Part shown: positions 1-13,929 of the stretch, piece after piece
How positions within the stretch are numbered: the stretch's first letter is position 1
How the letters are laid out: each line of letters opens with the position of its first letter
DNA from: Eledone cirrhosa
Lineage: Eukaryota
Length of the DNA stretch: 64,000 nucleotides
Assembly: GCA_964016885.1 (NCBI GenBank)
Contig: OZ024746.1
Coordinates: 28,582,001 to 28,646,000 of the forward strand
Direction of reading: 5' to 3'
The notes under the pieces: model-generated
What the model saw: only the letters and a program-made list of their open reading frames with translations
The model's database searches: none
What the model was told of the DNA's origin: nothing
Position numbers and translations under genes: made by a program

Positions 1-9
1 TTCCTCAGT

Positions 10-3000
10 CTATAGGCGCATACTCAGAGTGGGCCCATTCACTCGGACCAGACTCGCCACTTTCACACACCTTTCAACAAACTTACTAGAAGACAGCACT
101 TGCCTCTCCACCATGATTTTCCTCTTCAAGTGAAATTTGAAAAAGTTAATCAGGGATTGGCCGGAGAGGAAAGTGTCCGTATTCAACCCTTTCAACCTTG
201 TCCACCACACAATCTCTTTCGCCATGGCCACCAGGCAGATGAAAACTACCTGCCCTTCCTCCTCTTTAAAGGAGGATGGCGGGGCTATCTGCACAATGGA
301 CTCAGTCGATAACCGGATCCGTCCAACACGCGACAGTAACTGTTTGACATAGCTCTGCAAGTCAGCAAACCTCGGGCACTGAACGAGTGCGTGCAGGACG
401 GTTTAATCCCCCTGCGCACATATCGGGCAGGCTCACCTGACAGCACCTCCATGCCTGTATCCCGAACCGGCAACGCTCCCCGGTAGCTCTGCCAGGCCAG
501 GGATTTCTGGAAGTTGTCCATAGGCCCCGGTCTGAAAGTTCTCTTGAAGAGAGCAAACAGCTGATCGTCTTCGACACCCAGGATCTCCCCGAGAGCGTCG
601 TCACTCTTTCCCTCCACTAGCCATCTATAGAACAACGAGGTGGATGTTCCACCGATACTAGTGCCCAGCTTATAGAGGGCGGTGAGCGCTTGGAGACATT
701 CCAGCTTCCAAGCACTATCCCTCGGTCTTTTCCTGATTCAGGACTGCAGCTCCGTCAAGGAGACGGGCTGGGGCAAAGCGCGTCTGACAAACAGCGACCA
801 CACCTGTTCACCGTCAAGGAAGCACCAGAGATGTCGCAGCCTCAGCGCATGTTTGCGCATCATCAGCGAGGGCATGCCTAGTCCTCCACGCAACGGGTGT
901 TGACAACAAACGGATCGTCTGACCATGGGAGCATGTCCGTTCCACAAAAAGCGGAAGAGAAGGCGCTCCATTTTGGAGTTGGGCGGGGGCAAGGTACGAC
1001 GGTCTGGAGGTAGCAGATGACGGACGCGATGTACGCATTCGCCACCTCTGCCCGACCTTTCAGAGACAGCCTCCTCGGCCCATTTCTGGGTGAGAGAGGC
1101 TACCATGCAGGTCACCTCGCTCCAGCGTTTCTCCATCTGGAAGTCCAGACCGAACCAGACCCTGAGCAATTTAACCGGTCCTTCCGTCCAGCGCCCCACG
1201 ACGCTATCAGACGTGTGAGGTGACCATTCACCCTCACAACCGAGCAGACGTCGCTGTGCATTGCAACGATCCAGCCCTAAAAACGGGCCCGAAGTCGGCC
1301 GCCTCGAGGACCGCAGCCAGGTACCGGTGGTCGACCCTATCAAATGCTTTAGATTGATCCAAGTTGATCAGGGTCCCGCCCGTGCCAGGTTCCTTAACCA
1401 CCCTCTCTATAATGTATCGCATGAGATGGAGCTTGTCATGGATGGATCTGTCCGGAATGGCGCATGTCTGCGCCTCTCCTACCAGATCACCGACGACAAG
1501 CGCCAATCTCTTTGCTAACACCTTGGCCAAAATCTTAAACTCTACGTTTAGCAGAGCTAAGGGCCTGAAGTTATCTATAACGTCACCCTTATTCGAGTCT
1601 TTTCTCAGCAGCGCCACCGCTCCCCGGCTCAAAAAACTGGGAATGTTTCGGTTCTGCTGCCAGTTGCAGTAGACATCCGCCAAGAGGTCGCCGAACAACT
1701 CTGGCATGTATGCATAAAGCTCGTAGGGCTGACCATCCAAACCTGGCGATTTACTCGTCATGCAGTCAGACATCGCTACCCGTATTTCAGCTGCTTTTAT
1801 TGGCTTTTTGCAGCACTGCGCTGCGGTGGTCGAGAGCCGCGGCAGTCCGTCGAGGTATGCACCGAAGTCCATACTCTGATCCGGCCCGCCGCCGCTCCCG
1901 CACAATTGAGCAAAGTGCTGTTGAAAAGCCGCACACATCTGCTCGCGTTCGAGCAGCATGCGCCCGTTTTGATCAGGCAAAGACCGAATTGTGGACTTGT
2001 TGCCACCACCCGGGCCCATTGAACAGCTTTCGTCCCCTCGTGTCTTGGAGCACGCACTCTAGCTCTGACAATGCAACCGTCATGCTTTGGGTTGAAGAAT
2101 TGGTCGAGTGCCAATCTCGCCGCAAGCGCGTCGGTTGCAATGCCTGTCCTAAACGCCTCTTCTAGCTTTCTAACTAACTCTCCCTCTACTCTATTTTCTT
2201 CTATTACTACTCCTTTGCTAAACCTTATTGATTCTACTCTAATAGCCCTTTACAGGGTAAACCACCACCTATTGTTGACGAGCGCACCCGCCAACGCACG
2301 CTTACCTAATTCGCTAATCCGGTCTCTGTAAGCTTTCCGCACCGGGAACGACGCGTTCAGTTCCAGTAGCTCTGCCCTTGCCTATGGAGTCTATCTAAGT
2401 CAACTTCACAGATCACAAATCTGTGGCCCGTATAGTCGACTACTTTAAATTGTAGACAACTTACACTAGCCTTATCTGTTTCCCTACAGAATACACTATC
2501 TAAATGCGATCTGGATAACCCGATGAGGTTTGCCCATGTCCACATTGGCACATTTAGATAATCCAGTCTATACCAGTCAGACAGTTCAAAACGTCGGAGC
2601 AGGTTATTGATGCTTTTACACCCTCCTGCCCTGTATACTAGCCCCACATAATCCCAGCGTGCATTTAAGACACCGTTCCAGTCGCCCACAAACACTAAAG
2701 ATCGGGACGTTCCAAGAAAGGTCTCGAGACGTCTGAAGAAATCTGGCCGTCCTGTCCCTGTTGGAGCGTAGATGGCTACTAGCCTGAAAGTATTGCCTTC
2801 GCTGCCGGTCACGTCCAGCACCACCGACTTATCTTCTGGGTCCAGGAAAATGGCCCGTATGGCGAGATCCAAGTCTCTCAGAAAAAACACAGCAACTCCT
2901 AACTCCAACCCCCGAAGCTGGGCGGCTGGGATGCGTATCCATCGAAGATCGGTGCGAAGGCTCGTGCTTCGGAGATTCTGGTCTCGCTGATGGCCACCAC

Positions 3001-3099
3001 ATCTATGTTTAGTGACCTGAGATCGTTGAGCAGATGACCCTGCTTCCAAGATGACCCCAGGCCACGTACATTTATACTGCCTATTCTAAGTACGGCCAT
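10..3099 (-). pseudogene. Tx1-like ORF2: APE endonuclease, reverse transcriptase and C-terminal Zn-binding region, frameshifted
   Basis: APE motifs: LRIGSINVRGL, VAISETR, VGDWNG, SHLDSVF, TGHRFV. RT motifs: KSPGLDG, NFRPLALLNVEFKILAK, LDQSKAFDRVDH. C-terminal motifs: LFRFLW, GGLGMP, HALVQCP. Confidence 0.9.
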
Positions 3100-4687
3100 G
3101 TTGGATGAGAAACGGGGTAAGTGAGAAAGAATCACTTACCTTGATCGTGTGGGGAAGGACAGTAGAACCACCCCTTTGGCTGGTCATGGGTGTTTCCAAG
3201 ATGATATCGGTGTATATCCTCTTGGTAACCGAGCCTATGAAATCTCCAACTGCGTTGGGGAATTTTTCCTTTTAAAAGTTTGTAATGTTCTATTTTAATT
3301 TCAATGATTTTTATATTTTTCGGGTATTTTTGGTGTTGGTGGGGTGTAGTAATTTTTTTTCTGTGATGTCCGTATGCTGCTTTATATGTTGTAAGAGTTC
3401 TTTATTTGCCATCTTTATGGCTGTGTACGTTTTGTGGGGAGGGGTGGTTTTGTTGCTGTTGGGTGTGTGTGTGCTTTGTTGTGTTTGCGATATTGGTGTT
3501 TTTGGTGATGCTAGTGGTGGTGTGGTTGTTGTTGGTGGTGATGCTTGTGGTGGTGATGGTGATGGTGGTGGTGTTGCTGCAAGTCTCCTTGCCTTCTCTC
3601 TTTGTTTGCCTTCGCTTTTGGAGGGTGAAACTACGGGTTTTTTTCTTTTTTGTTTTTTTTTGTGGCAGACCGTTTGCCACTTCCTTCCCGCCTCATACAC
3701 CATGTCGGATTCCGTGGCGTCTGGGAGGGGTATGAGGTCCACTGTTGTTGGCGTTGGTAGTGGAACCCGCTCCGGCGATTAGCCAACGGTGTAGCTACTG
3801 CGACTGTTGGTGTTGCCGCCACTGCTACCGCTGTTTTAGTTGTTAGTGGATTTGGTATGGGTGCCACGCACGTTGCCCTCCTACTCACCATGGAAAGGTC
3901 TTCTGCCTCTGTTGCCTGCGCCGCTCTTGGTAGCAGCGGATCAGGCATCGGAAGAAGGGTGGCCCCCTTTTCGACTATCTTCTGCGGGCCGAAGGCCCTG
4001 GGGTGAACCTTTTGCCCACAGAGTTAGCACTTTGGGCGCCTTCCTTCCACGCTTATAGGGAGTTGGAGACCTTCCTCGAGGTCTATGATATCTGGGCTGG
4101 TCTCTATGCACGCCTGGTCGGTTTGTATTAGCATTTGCATGTCTATACCTGACCAGTTCTCTCTTCCCATTCTCTGTATTTGCAGTATGGTGGTCCTGTC
4201 CTCGATATTCCAGTAAGCACAGACGCGGCCAGCCAAGGTATGGGCACATTGGGTGGGACCTGGGTCACGTTGACCCTCACAATTTTCAGCCCGCAGTAGG
4301 AGGGCACCAAGACTATCTCCTCACTCTTTAGGGTTTCCAAAGAGTGAGACTTCGCTTCTTGGGGGATGGCGAAAAGTACGTCTACTGTGGCGTACTTTTT
4401 GCCTCGGTGATGTGCGGTTTTGCGCGCCCAGACGCACCCCAAGGCCTTCTGGATTTGAGCCTCCATGGCTCTCTCCACCCGATGTGAAATTTTGCTTACG
4501 GTGCGGTAAGTCACCGTGCGCAGCTGATGGTCTTTGAAGAAATCGGGTGGAGGTTTCAGGGAAACTCTATTGTTATTTCTTGTCACCATGGCTCTTGCGA
4601 CTGCCATCTCCTCCTCCGTAACTAGCACTGTCTCTATATTTCGGGCCACACCTGCGAAAGAAGTGGCCCCTTTTTCAGCGGCGCCAT
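3090..4687 (-). pseudogene. Tx1-like ORF1 (gag-like), broken by frameshifts
   Basis: ORF pieces 4143-4649, 4024-4236 and 3311-3742. A degenerate CCHC knuckle (RPKC*LCGQKVHPRAF) lies near 4030-3995, followed by a basic and Pro/Thr-rich tail. Confidence 0.7.
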
Positions 4688-5124
4688 GTTTTTATTTTTA
4701 TTTTTAAAAGTAAAATGTTCAAATATTGTTCAAATATTATACTTTCCCCTTCACAGGGCAAAGTTCAAGGGCTTATATCCCTTACACAATAGGACAAATT
4801 AAACAACAAATAATTATAACATGTAAATAAAGCGACTTACTGGATGCGATCAAAAAGACGCCCGAACAGACCAATAATAATAATAATAATAATAATGATT
4901 TCTAGTTTAGGCACAAGGCCAGCAATTCACACTTCCATCAATTGTACACAAATTACACACAGAAACAATAATGCTAAAACATGAGATGCAATCCATCTGC
5001 ACACACATATCAACACCCATGACATATCTGGACTCAGCCCCTCACCCGTATTCCGAACTACTGACCTAACCCCACCCCAACATTCCTAAATTTTTTTCAA
5101 AACTCTGATTTTCCAAATTTTTCT

Positions 5125-5245
5125 TTCTCCATTTCCCGAAGAAGGCCTTATGCCAAAACGTTAAATCATTTTCTACTTCCCCCTGGCTGTGAAACTAATA
5201 AGACTGTGCTTTCTTATGTTTCTCTTGTCATTTCTTGAAGTATAT
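5125..5245 (+). ncRNA. Degenerate HHR-like motif in a repeat family (related copies near 6665-6700, 27005-27120 and 38730-38830)
   Basis: CCGAAGA-AGGC-CTTAT-GCC-AAAACGTT here and CTGATAA-AAGGA..TCC-GAAACGT at 27014. Copies share a downstream GCGTTAAACTA-like motif. All cores are mutated. Confidence 0.4.
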
Positions 5246-7087
5246 ATAGTGATATTTGACTATTTTTACATGCTATTCTAACGAGAACATAAAGACTCTT
5301 TCATTAGTTCCTTTACACAAAGTATCTTAGTAATCCGTGTCAAAATCGCACTGTTGGTAACAGAATGTGAACGTTTTCACCGCAACACTATACACACGAC
5401 TATCTCCGTCTCATATAAATTATTATATGACAAGTTATATCGTATTTATTAAATCAAAAGCTGAAATTCCAATCTTTCAACTATCTCTCCACATGAGCTG
5501 TAATGCTGTAATGTATCAAATCCACAGGACACAGGAATTCTTTTTAAGTAATTACTCACATTATAAATTTCTCCCTGTCTATTTTTCTTATATTCAATTC
5601 AATTCACATTGTTAGTTGGTCGGTTGGTGCTATGGCAGACTGTCAAAAGTAATTCTTACACATTAATATATATTATATCTCTACAGCTTCAGGGGAGACA
5701 GAGAAAGTGAAAAAAACATACAACAGACTTTGCAATGTAATAATTTAATGTACGATACTAAATCAAAATAAATGGTTTTAGTATGAGTTTATTCCCTCAC
5801 TGTCACCAAATTCGCTGTCGCAAAATACCTACCTATCTATCATATATATTCCAGCTGAACACTCGCCATCAGTGTCTAGCCAATATAGAAATCTCGTTGA
5901 CAGATGCTGGAGTTGACAGGAAAATTATAAAAGTGAAAATTAAACAAAATATGTATGCGAAATAGCATAACCGACAATACAATGAGAATATATATATAAT
6001 CATTAAAACATTCAGTTATAGTGCGATAGAATATGAGCTTGTGTATGTAAGTTTCTTTGTTTGTGTGTGTGCATTTATTTAAATGTAACAGTGCTAACAC
6101 GCGATCTTAATGATACTGATTTATATTTATTTTTGCATTTGCATTAAACAAATAAGAGAATAAATGACGAAATACCTCGCGCGCACACAGTCCCACACAC
6201 GTTCACCCACACACACACATACAAATAGACACAGACAGACATTCAGATACATATAAACAAACATACAGATATATATGTACTGGTACGAGCGAATACAAAT
6301 CGACTGATAATGAGGAAGCTGAGAATAATTAGATAAGCAGTTTGATATATTCACACATTACCAGTGGTTTTGTAGCCGTAATTACGTCAAACTAGTACAT
6401 GGCTAGCGAGGCCATGTATGTTCTGAGACTTGCAACAGCCATTGAAGTATATAATGTTGTATCACACACTATGACCTTCATACCCTCACAGCTATGTATA
6501 TACATACAAATCACACATAAACACACAGTGATTGTCTCTTTTATTATACCTCCCTAATATATAAGTTACAATCTGGCACCACTTCTCAAAATAACTAATT
6601 AAATACAGTCATGCTTTCAATGTTTCTTACTCTCATTTAAACCTATTTCTTCTAACTTCCATTCTGTCTTCCGACGAAGAGCTAACATCGAGAACGCTGT
6701 ATTACCTTTCCAACTATATCATGTGGGTGTATACATAATAAATGCATATATAAACACGCATGCACTCACACACTTGCATTCAATGTAAGAACAATATTTT
6801 GCTCTCAGAAATGTTTTCTTTAGATCAAGACCCTGACAGCGTATATATGTGTTTTCATAAGGTTGAAGATTATGGTTATGTATATACTAAGTTTTTTTAT
6901 AGTTATATATATTTTAAACCCTAAACAGTGAAGGTCAGTAATTTATTACTACCTTATTACCAGTAGGATAAATAGCTCAATGTAATAACATCAGTTGTTC
7001 TACAGAGCAGTTATATACAATATATACATATGTATCTGTATGTCTCATGCGTTGGAAAGGAGTTCAATCATGTGTACAAACATTGAA

Positions 7088-7137
7088 AAATGTTCCGAAG
7101 ACACCAAGCCTTGGTTTGGATGAAACAATTGTAAGTG
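7088..7137 (+). ncRNA. Degenerate minimal hammerhead ribozyme
   Basis: CCGAAGA (U4C variant), stem II CCAAGC/GTTTGG, then GAAA-CAATTG-TA with palindromic stem III and a GUA triplet. Stem I is weak. Confidence 0.5.
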
Positions 7138-7211
7138 ACTAAATGCTTTGGACATAGCTTTGATTCTTGTGAATTCTATATATATATATATTTATATACA
7201 TACACACACAC

Positions 7212-7278
<67 letters not shown>

Positions 7279-7581
7279 CCCACATAATTCCATGACACTT
7301 TAATTAGTGTATCTGCATCTATACATAATATAAAACGTACTATAAAAGTATAGTGTATGTTAGAATTCCTAAGCGAACAGCTATTGACGGATATTGCCTC
7401 ATTCTACGAGTTTAATGTACATTTGAACATTCAAAATATATTTCATTCAATGTTTATACGAAAAAATATGAATAATATCCTTTAGTTATACACAACATGT
7501 TTCCTAAAATCCTGTTTTCTTCAGCATATCTAATGGACATTTTTATGTACAATAACACAGACATCCAATAATCGATAGCAG

Positions 7582-7653
<72 letters not shown>

Positions 7654-7659
7654 CATACA

Positions 7660-7695
<36 letters not shown>

Positions 7696-7984
7696 TATGC
7701 ATACATATTACCATATTGTTGTTTATATTTGGATGGGATATTGAAATTAATATACATATTTACATAAGCACACGTTTACACTCATATACAGCCTCCGATA
7801 TACATGTAGCTCTACGCGAGTGTTTTATGTATGCATGTATTCACTTTATGTATACGCATACACACGCACACGCGCGCATATATATGCGTGTATGAACGTA
7901 CGCCTATGCATTTATATGTATGAGTGTGTGTATGTATTTGTCATGTGGTTACATTTTAGACGGCAGGAAATGAAGAAAACATTC

Positions 7985-8402
7985 GAGCGCCCGGCCGATT
8001 AACTCACTCGATATGCAAATTAGGCTGCTCAGCCGTTAATATGCATAAGGAATGTATATACTTTCAGACGTTCAATGATCTGGCAGGAAGGTATACGTTG
8101 CTGACGATAGCTAATAAGCTTGAAACTAGTACAGCGTTCCTTTGTCAGTGTCGAACAAACGAGCAACGATGGTTGCTAGACACTGTACGGCTTAATACGG
8201 GATCGTTGTTTACAAACACAACGAACATTATAATAAATGTTCGGTGAATCCATATGTACATATATATATGTGTGCATGTATGTATATATATATACATACT
8301 ACTGTACGTCTGTATACATATATGTATGTACGTATACATACTTATATTTAAGTAACAGCCGTACTAAGAGTGAGAAATGAAATTTCGTTTCATTTTTTTT
8401 CC

Positions 8403-8408
<6 letters not shown>
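7985..8408 (+). mobile_element. HHR-bearing non-autonomous element (family A, retrozyme-like), ending in (TA)n
   Basis: Closely similar to 43012-43432 and, inverted, to 42605-42948. No ORF. Confidence 0.8.
8080..8148 (+). ncRNA. Type I minimal hammerhead ribozyme (family A)
   Basis: Stem I CGTTG/CAGCG extended by CTGGCAGGAAGG/CCTTTGTCAG; CTGACGA 8101-8107; stem II AGCT/AGCT; GAAA-CTAG-TA (palindrome ACTAGT, GUA site). Confidence 0.8.
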
Positions 8409-8444
<36 letters not shown>

Positions 8445-8740
8445 GGTTGGTTTTTGAAGCCTCATCAATGCAGATGAGTAAATCTCCGGGTAACAGAATC
8501 AGGTGGTAATGAGAGAGATGTAAGAGGAAATGTAGAATGAGACGTATATGGTGTAGAGGAATGTAGGAAATAGTGTAAAAATAATAACACGAGATAGAGT
8601 TACCTTGGAAGTGATTTAATTGTCCTTATATTTCGGATTTCACATCCATCAAGTGGGGTTTTCTTTTTGGGAAAGTTTTTAGCCAGAGAGGGACAATACG
8701 TGGCCTCGTGGTCTATCGTGTGCGTACAACACGATATATA

Positions 8741-8819
<79 letters not shown>

Positions 8820-8822
<3 letters not shown>

Positions 8823-9151
8823 TGAAACAAAATGAAAACGAAATTTCATTTCTCACTCTTAGTATGGCACTTACTTAAATGTAAGTATGCATGTATACGT
8901 ACATACATATATGTATACAGACGTACAGTAGCATGCACATATATATATACATATACATATATACATACATATGCATACAGGTACACATACATATATGAAC
9001 AAAGCGACGTTATAATAGGCGCCGCTAAACTGATACGTGCATATATGTATGTGTACCTGTATGCATATGTATGTATATATGTATATGTATATATATATGT
9101 GCATGCTACTGTACGTCTGTATACATATATGTATGTACGTATACATGCATA

Positions 9152-9157
<6 letters not shown>
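8820..9157. repeat. Fold-back element made of family A 3' ends, within (TA)n
   Basis: Near-perfect inverted arms 8882-8997 and 9041-9157 around a 43-nt spacer. The extra ~60-nt tail on the left matches the reverse complement of 8345-8408. Confidence 0.85.
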
Positions 9158-9225
<68 letters not shown>

Positions 9226-9229
<4 letters not shown>

Positions 9230-9408
9230 AAGATGAAATCGAAAATGCAACTGGAGTCTTATTTTTAAAAATATATATATATTTATTTGGTTCCTTTACC
9301 GGTTTCGCAGTTCTTCTGCTTTTCAAAAGTAGAGTTTTTTCTTTATACTTTCACTCGTGAAGGACACCTCGGTTATTTTTCATAAAAATAACCTCACTTT
9401 CTAATACC
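9226..9408. mobile_element. Family B fold-back element, partial (antisense arm joined directly to the sense tail)
   Basis: Matches 19121-19228, then jumps to the 19376-19450 tail sequence. Confidence 0.8.
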
Positions 9409-9592
9409 TATATATATATATATATATATATATTATTATTATTATTAAAGTGATTACTTTGAAACCATTTCATCAATTTCACAAAATACATATATCGTGA
9501 AATATATTTTATCCTCAATGCTTTACATATCAGCTATATACTTATATAGCAATATACAAGAACTCTCTATCTCTCTTTATATGCATATACGT

Positions 9593-9745
<153 letters not shown>

Positions 9746-10748
9746 AATATACGCCTGTGTAGATACCTGAAAACAATAACTCTTTACTTGAGTGGGCCAT
9801 GGTGTCCAAACATGTCTGAGGTGTGAATCATGATTTGAAAGACTTCGCCAGGTGGTGCTACTAAGTTAGACATGACCCGGGTCAATACTGGTCGAAACCT
9901 ATCAAAGTTATCAAAGCTATGTATATGTGTCTATAAGTGGATGTTTTTTTACGTTTATTCTTTGTTTACATTCCGTATATTAGTGGATCGAGAAAATAGA
10001 AATGGATAAAATAACTTCCAGACTTGACAAAAAAAGTACATAAGTGTGTCGATATAATCGAGTAAATCACATCGCGGCAGTACCCCAGCATGGCCGCAAA
10101 TATTGACTGAAACGACTAAAGAATATATTAATAAAATAATATAAAATTCTTCCAAGCAGAAAATGAAACCGTGACGGGAGTTTAGATTTACAGAGATATT
10201 TTATCTCTGACCGAATTTCTCTGTAGAATTCCACAGCAGCTTACACTTACTGTAAGATTACATAAGGATGCTGTAATAATATATCGATGTGTGATTAATA
10301 TATAGCTATGTGTAACTAATATACCTATGTGTGATTTTTCCATCCTCAAAACATATAATCATTTCTACAATATCAATATATTAAGCATGTACCGAGTGAC
10401 ACCTTCAGATCATTGCCTTAGCAAGCAAGCAGCTGAGACTTTTTTTTTTAAAACATTTCTACAAAGCGACAGAAAAATCAAGGTGTTTGATATAGGCTGA
10501 TGTGAAGAATATTCGACACTTCATATAGTTTTATTACGTAAGTTTCCCATCTGCACATAGAGCTAATTATCTCATAACTTAGATTACAGCTATGTGTCTG
10601 TAATAATCTACGATGGAGCGGTGGGGTACAGGTGGTGCGGTGAGTTTTTGTTTGATGTGTGCCTTCAGAGAAATATAGGAAATGAGAGATACAGAAGAAA
10701 AGTGGGGGAGCAGATTTACTTCTTATTTTAAATGTGCCTTTACGTAGG

Positions 10749-10827
<79 letters not shown>

Positions 10828-10863
10828 CAAGGTAAATTATTTACTGCAACACACACACACACG

Positions 10864-10896
<33 letters not shown>

Positions 10897-11290
10897 CTAT
10901 AATTACTTCTATCAAGTTAAACTATTTACTGCAATATCTATATATTATGTATGTGTGAGTGATTGTGTCTGTATGTGCCACGGTGGGGGGGGGGGGTTAT
11001 GTGAAGATAAATATCTATGTGCAGATCCATACGCAGATATATGTATGTGTTTAACACTTTTTCTTGTACATGTGTGTCTGTGATTGTATCTCTGTAGTTT
11101 CACACCTACATACGTGCTTCTGTACGTGTTTTTCGGGTTTTACATAACATAGATAAAGATTAAAATACATAGAAACGCTTTAATAGATCTTATCTGAGAC
11201 AGATATACTGCGGCGGATATATACACCTAAACATACCAGGGTGTAATATATATATATACGTGTGTATAATGTGTGTATATATAATGTGTG

Positions 11291-11373
<83 letters not shown>

Positions 11374-11422
11374 GTATATATATATATACACATATATATA
11401 TATATATATATATATACGTATG

Positions 11423-11472
<50 letters not shown>

Positions 11473-11477
<5 letters not shown>

Positions 11478-11543
11478 AATGCGACCATTTCTGTTGGAAG
11501 CTCCCGGATAGAGAGCTTCCAACAGAAATGGTCGCATTCTTTT
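11473..11543. repeat. Perfect ~31-bp hairpin abutting (TA)n
   Basis: AAAGAATGCGACCATTTCTGTTGGAAGCTC and GAGCTTCCAACAGAAATGGTCGCATTCTTT are exact reverse complements. Confidence 0.9.
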
Positions 11544-11560
11544 AAGGGTATGTCAATATT

Positions 11561-11667
11561 TATTTATAAAACTGATCTATATTATATTTTATCTGATGAA
11601 AGCACACCATAATTTAACTTGGTGTCCTTGAAATATGTATGATGAAATAAATATGGTTTTATAAATA
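11561..11667 (+). ncRNA. Hammerhead ribozyme motif related to family C (54718-54780); probably inactive (ATG at the cleavage triplet)
   Basis: ATTTTAT-CTGATGA-AAG.ACACCA..TGGTGT.CTT-GAAA-TATGTATG-ATGAAAT, with outer pairing TATTTATAAAAC/GTTTTATAAATA. Upstream AGGGTATGTCA is shared with 54500. Confidence 0.65.
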
Positions 11668-12345
11668 TAGTTTCCATTTGTTAGTATATCGTAAATATAT
11701 ATATATAGTCAGTTAACGCCCAGAAACACGGTCAGACGGAAACTATGTATGCAGCTTTGAATGCATGTATGTATGTATGCATGCGTGTATGCATGTATGT
11801 CAGCATGTATGTCAGCATGTACCTTTTGGTAAATTAAAGGAACCTAAGATGCTCAATACATGTAGTAGAGCAACTTGTAATTTTGAATGTAATGTTTTAT
11901 AAGTTTCTTACTCGGTGTTCTTGTCACAAGCGTTCCTTTAGACAAGTTTATAGCTTGAAAAGACGGTATGTGGCGAGAACCTCTGATCAGCCACGCGTTC
12001 AATTGCTTAAAACCAATTTATTTCTCTCTCTCAATCTATTTATCGTGTATTCGTTCATTCCATGTGAGTCTGCCACGTTCATTTTAGACTGTATACAAAT
12101 GATCGTGACGCAACAATGACTGCATAGATTTTATTAACAATTTATTATGGAGGTCAATGCCCGAAGTATATTATTTTCTAACGTTCTGGGAGTTCATCAG
12201 AAGAGATTTCGATATGGTTAGACAGAAATCTCAAATATCAAATTACGTAAATTTCATTAACTTTTCACCTCACTGTTGCTATATCCTTTTATAACACAGC
12301 TTTTATTTACATATTCCGCAATGATACTGACAAACTAATCCGGTG

Positions 12346-12409
<64 letters not shown>

Positions 12410-12479
12410 CTCTCTCACTCTCTCTATTTTTCTCTCTCTCTCTCTCTATCTATCTATCTCTCCCTCCCTCTCTCTCTAT

Positions 12480-12524
<45 letters not shown>

Positions 12525-13329
12525 AATACTTATACACATATATGTATGTGTGCGTGTAAGAGTGTATGTATGTATTTATCCAAGAAAACATTTGTATATA
12601 GTCAACATGCACGATCAATAACATCTCTTTAGCGTTGAGTAAATATTTGGAATGCATTGGTTTAAATAGCTGGCATGCCAGCATGTGAGTGTGTACATTG
12701 TGTGATATAATTAACGATATATTTAACTGAAGTAAATTGATTGGCACTGAAAGTTGTTTGGGCCAAACAGAGTTACGTAACTGCTTCATCAAGAAAATAT
12801 TTCTTAAAAAAAAAAAAAAAATCTTGCTGCAGGTTGCCAAATGGCGCTGTAGAGAAATTAATATTCCATTATCGTGAAGGTGGCTGCGTTTGTGGTTAAG
12901 GTGGTTAAGGTGTACAGCTAAGGATCGAAGGTCGTGAGTTCGGTTCCCGATGTGTTGTGTCTTTGAGTAATATACATTATTTTTGTAGCTCTACTTCAAA
13001 CAACTGGCAGTAATGGGTTGTGCTTGGAATTCAAAAACCAAGCCTTTACACACAATGTGTGACGCTGAATCTTCCTGAGAATTTTGTCGAAATGTACACA
13101 TATCTGATAACTGCTCAGTCTCTTGCATATAATTATATGAGTAGGCTGTTACGTTGATCATATCAACTGAAACCACATCTCGGTAACCAACGGAGCTCCT
13201 GTATATACACAAGGTCCATTACAGCTAGTGACTTATGCATAATTACTTAAAGATTTTGAAAGCTGCTAAGTGCAGTCAAATATACTTATGTTGTTTTTGT
13301 TCTTGTTGGTGGTGGTGTTGTCGCTGTTA

Positions 13330-13548
13330 GTGATCATAATGATGATAATGATGTTGATGATGATGATGGTAATGATGTCAATGACAACAATGACGATGAT
13401 AATTAGGATGATACTGATGACGACAAAATTGATGATAAAGATGATGTCACAGACGACAATAAGGAAGATGAGGATGATGATGTTGATGATGTCAAAGATG
13501 ATGATGATGATGACAATATTGATGATGATGGGGATATTGATAATGATC
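13330..13548. repeat. Degenerate (GAT)n low-complexity repeat
   Basis: Direct inspection. Confidence 0.9.
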
Positions 13549-13574
13549 CCTATAGTTGTAACAAGCCTAGCACG

Positions 13575-13881
13575 GTATTATATTGACTCTGGTATTTTAC
13601 TCCTACTGTATTTTATCGACCCTAGATGATCGAAAGATAAGGTTTATCACAGCCAGATTTAAACTCAGAATGTAAAAGTCCGGAACAAATACAACACAAA
13701 GTATTTTCTACGACTTTGATAGTAATAAAGGTTTCTGATATAGTCACAAAGCCAGCAATTTGATGGGAAGGATGAAAGAGAAAGCTAATCTCGGTAAGAT
13801 TTGAACTCAGGACCTAAAGGGCCGTAATTATAAGCTTAAAAGCATATTGTCCGACGCCCTACCGATACTGCCAATCCACCA
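13575..13881 (-). mobile_element. Two degenerate tandem copies of the tRNA-derived SINE
   Basis: TTTATCGACCC, GATTTGAACTCAG and CCGATACTGCCAATCCACC motifs. Confidence 0.65.
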
Positions 13882-13929
13882 ATAATGATAATTATTATTT
13901 TTTTATTGGCCACCAACAGTAATAAAAAT

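Larger units (their letters stand above)
1..4872 (-). mobile_element. Tx1/L1-clade non-LTR retrotransposon, near full length, frameshifted; 3' end runs off the window
   Basis: Minus-strand order is ORF1, APE, RT, C-terminal Zn region. The block is GC-rich against the AT-rich background. Confidence 0.9.
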
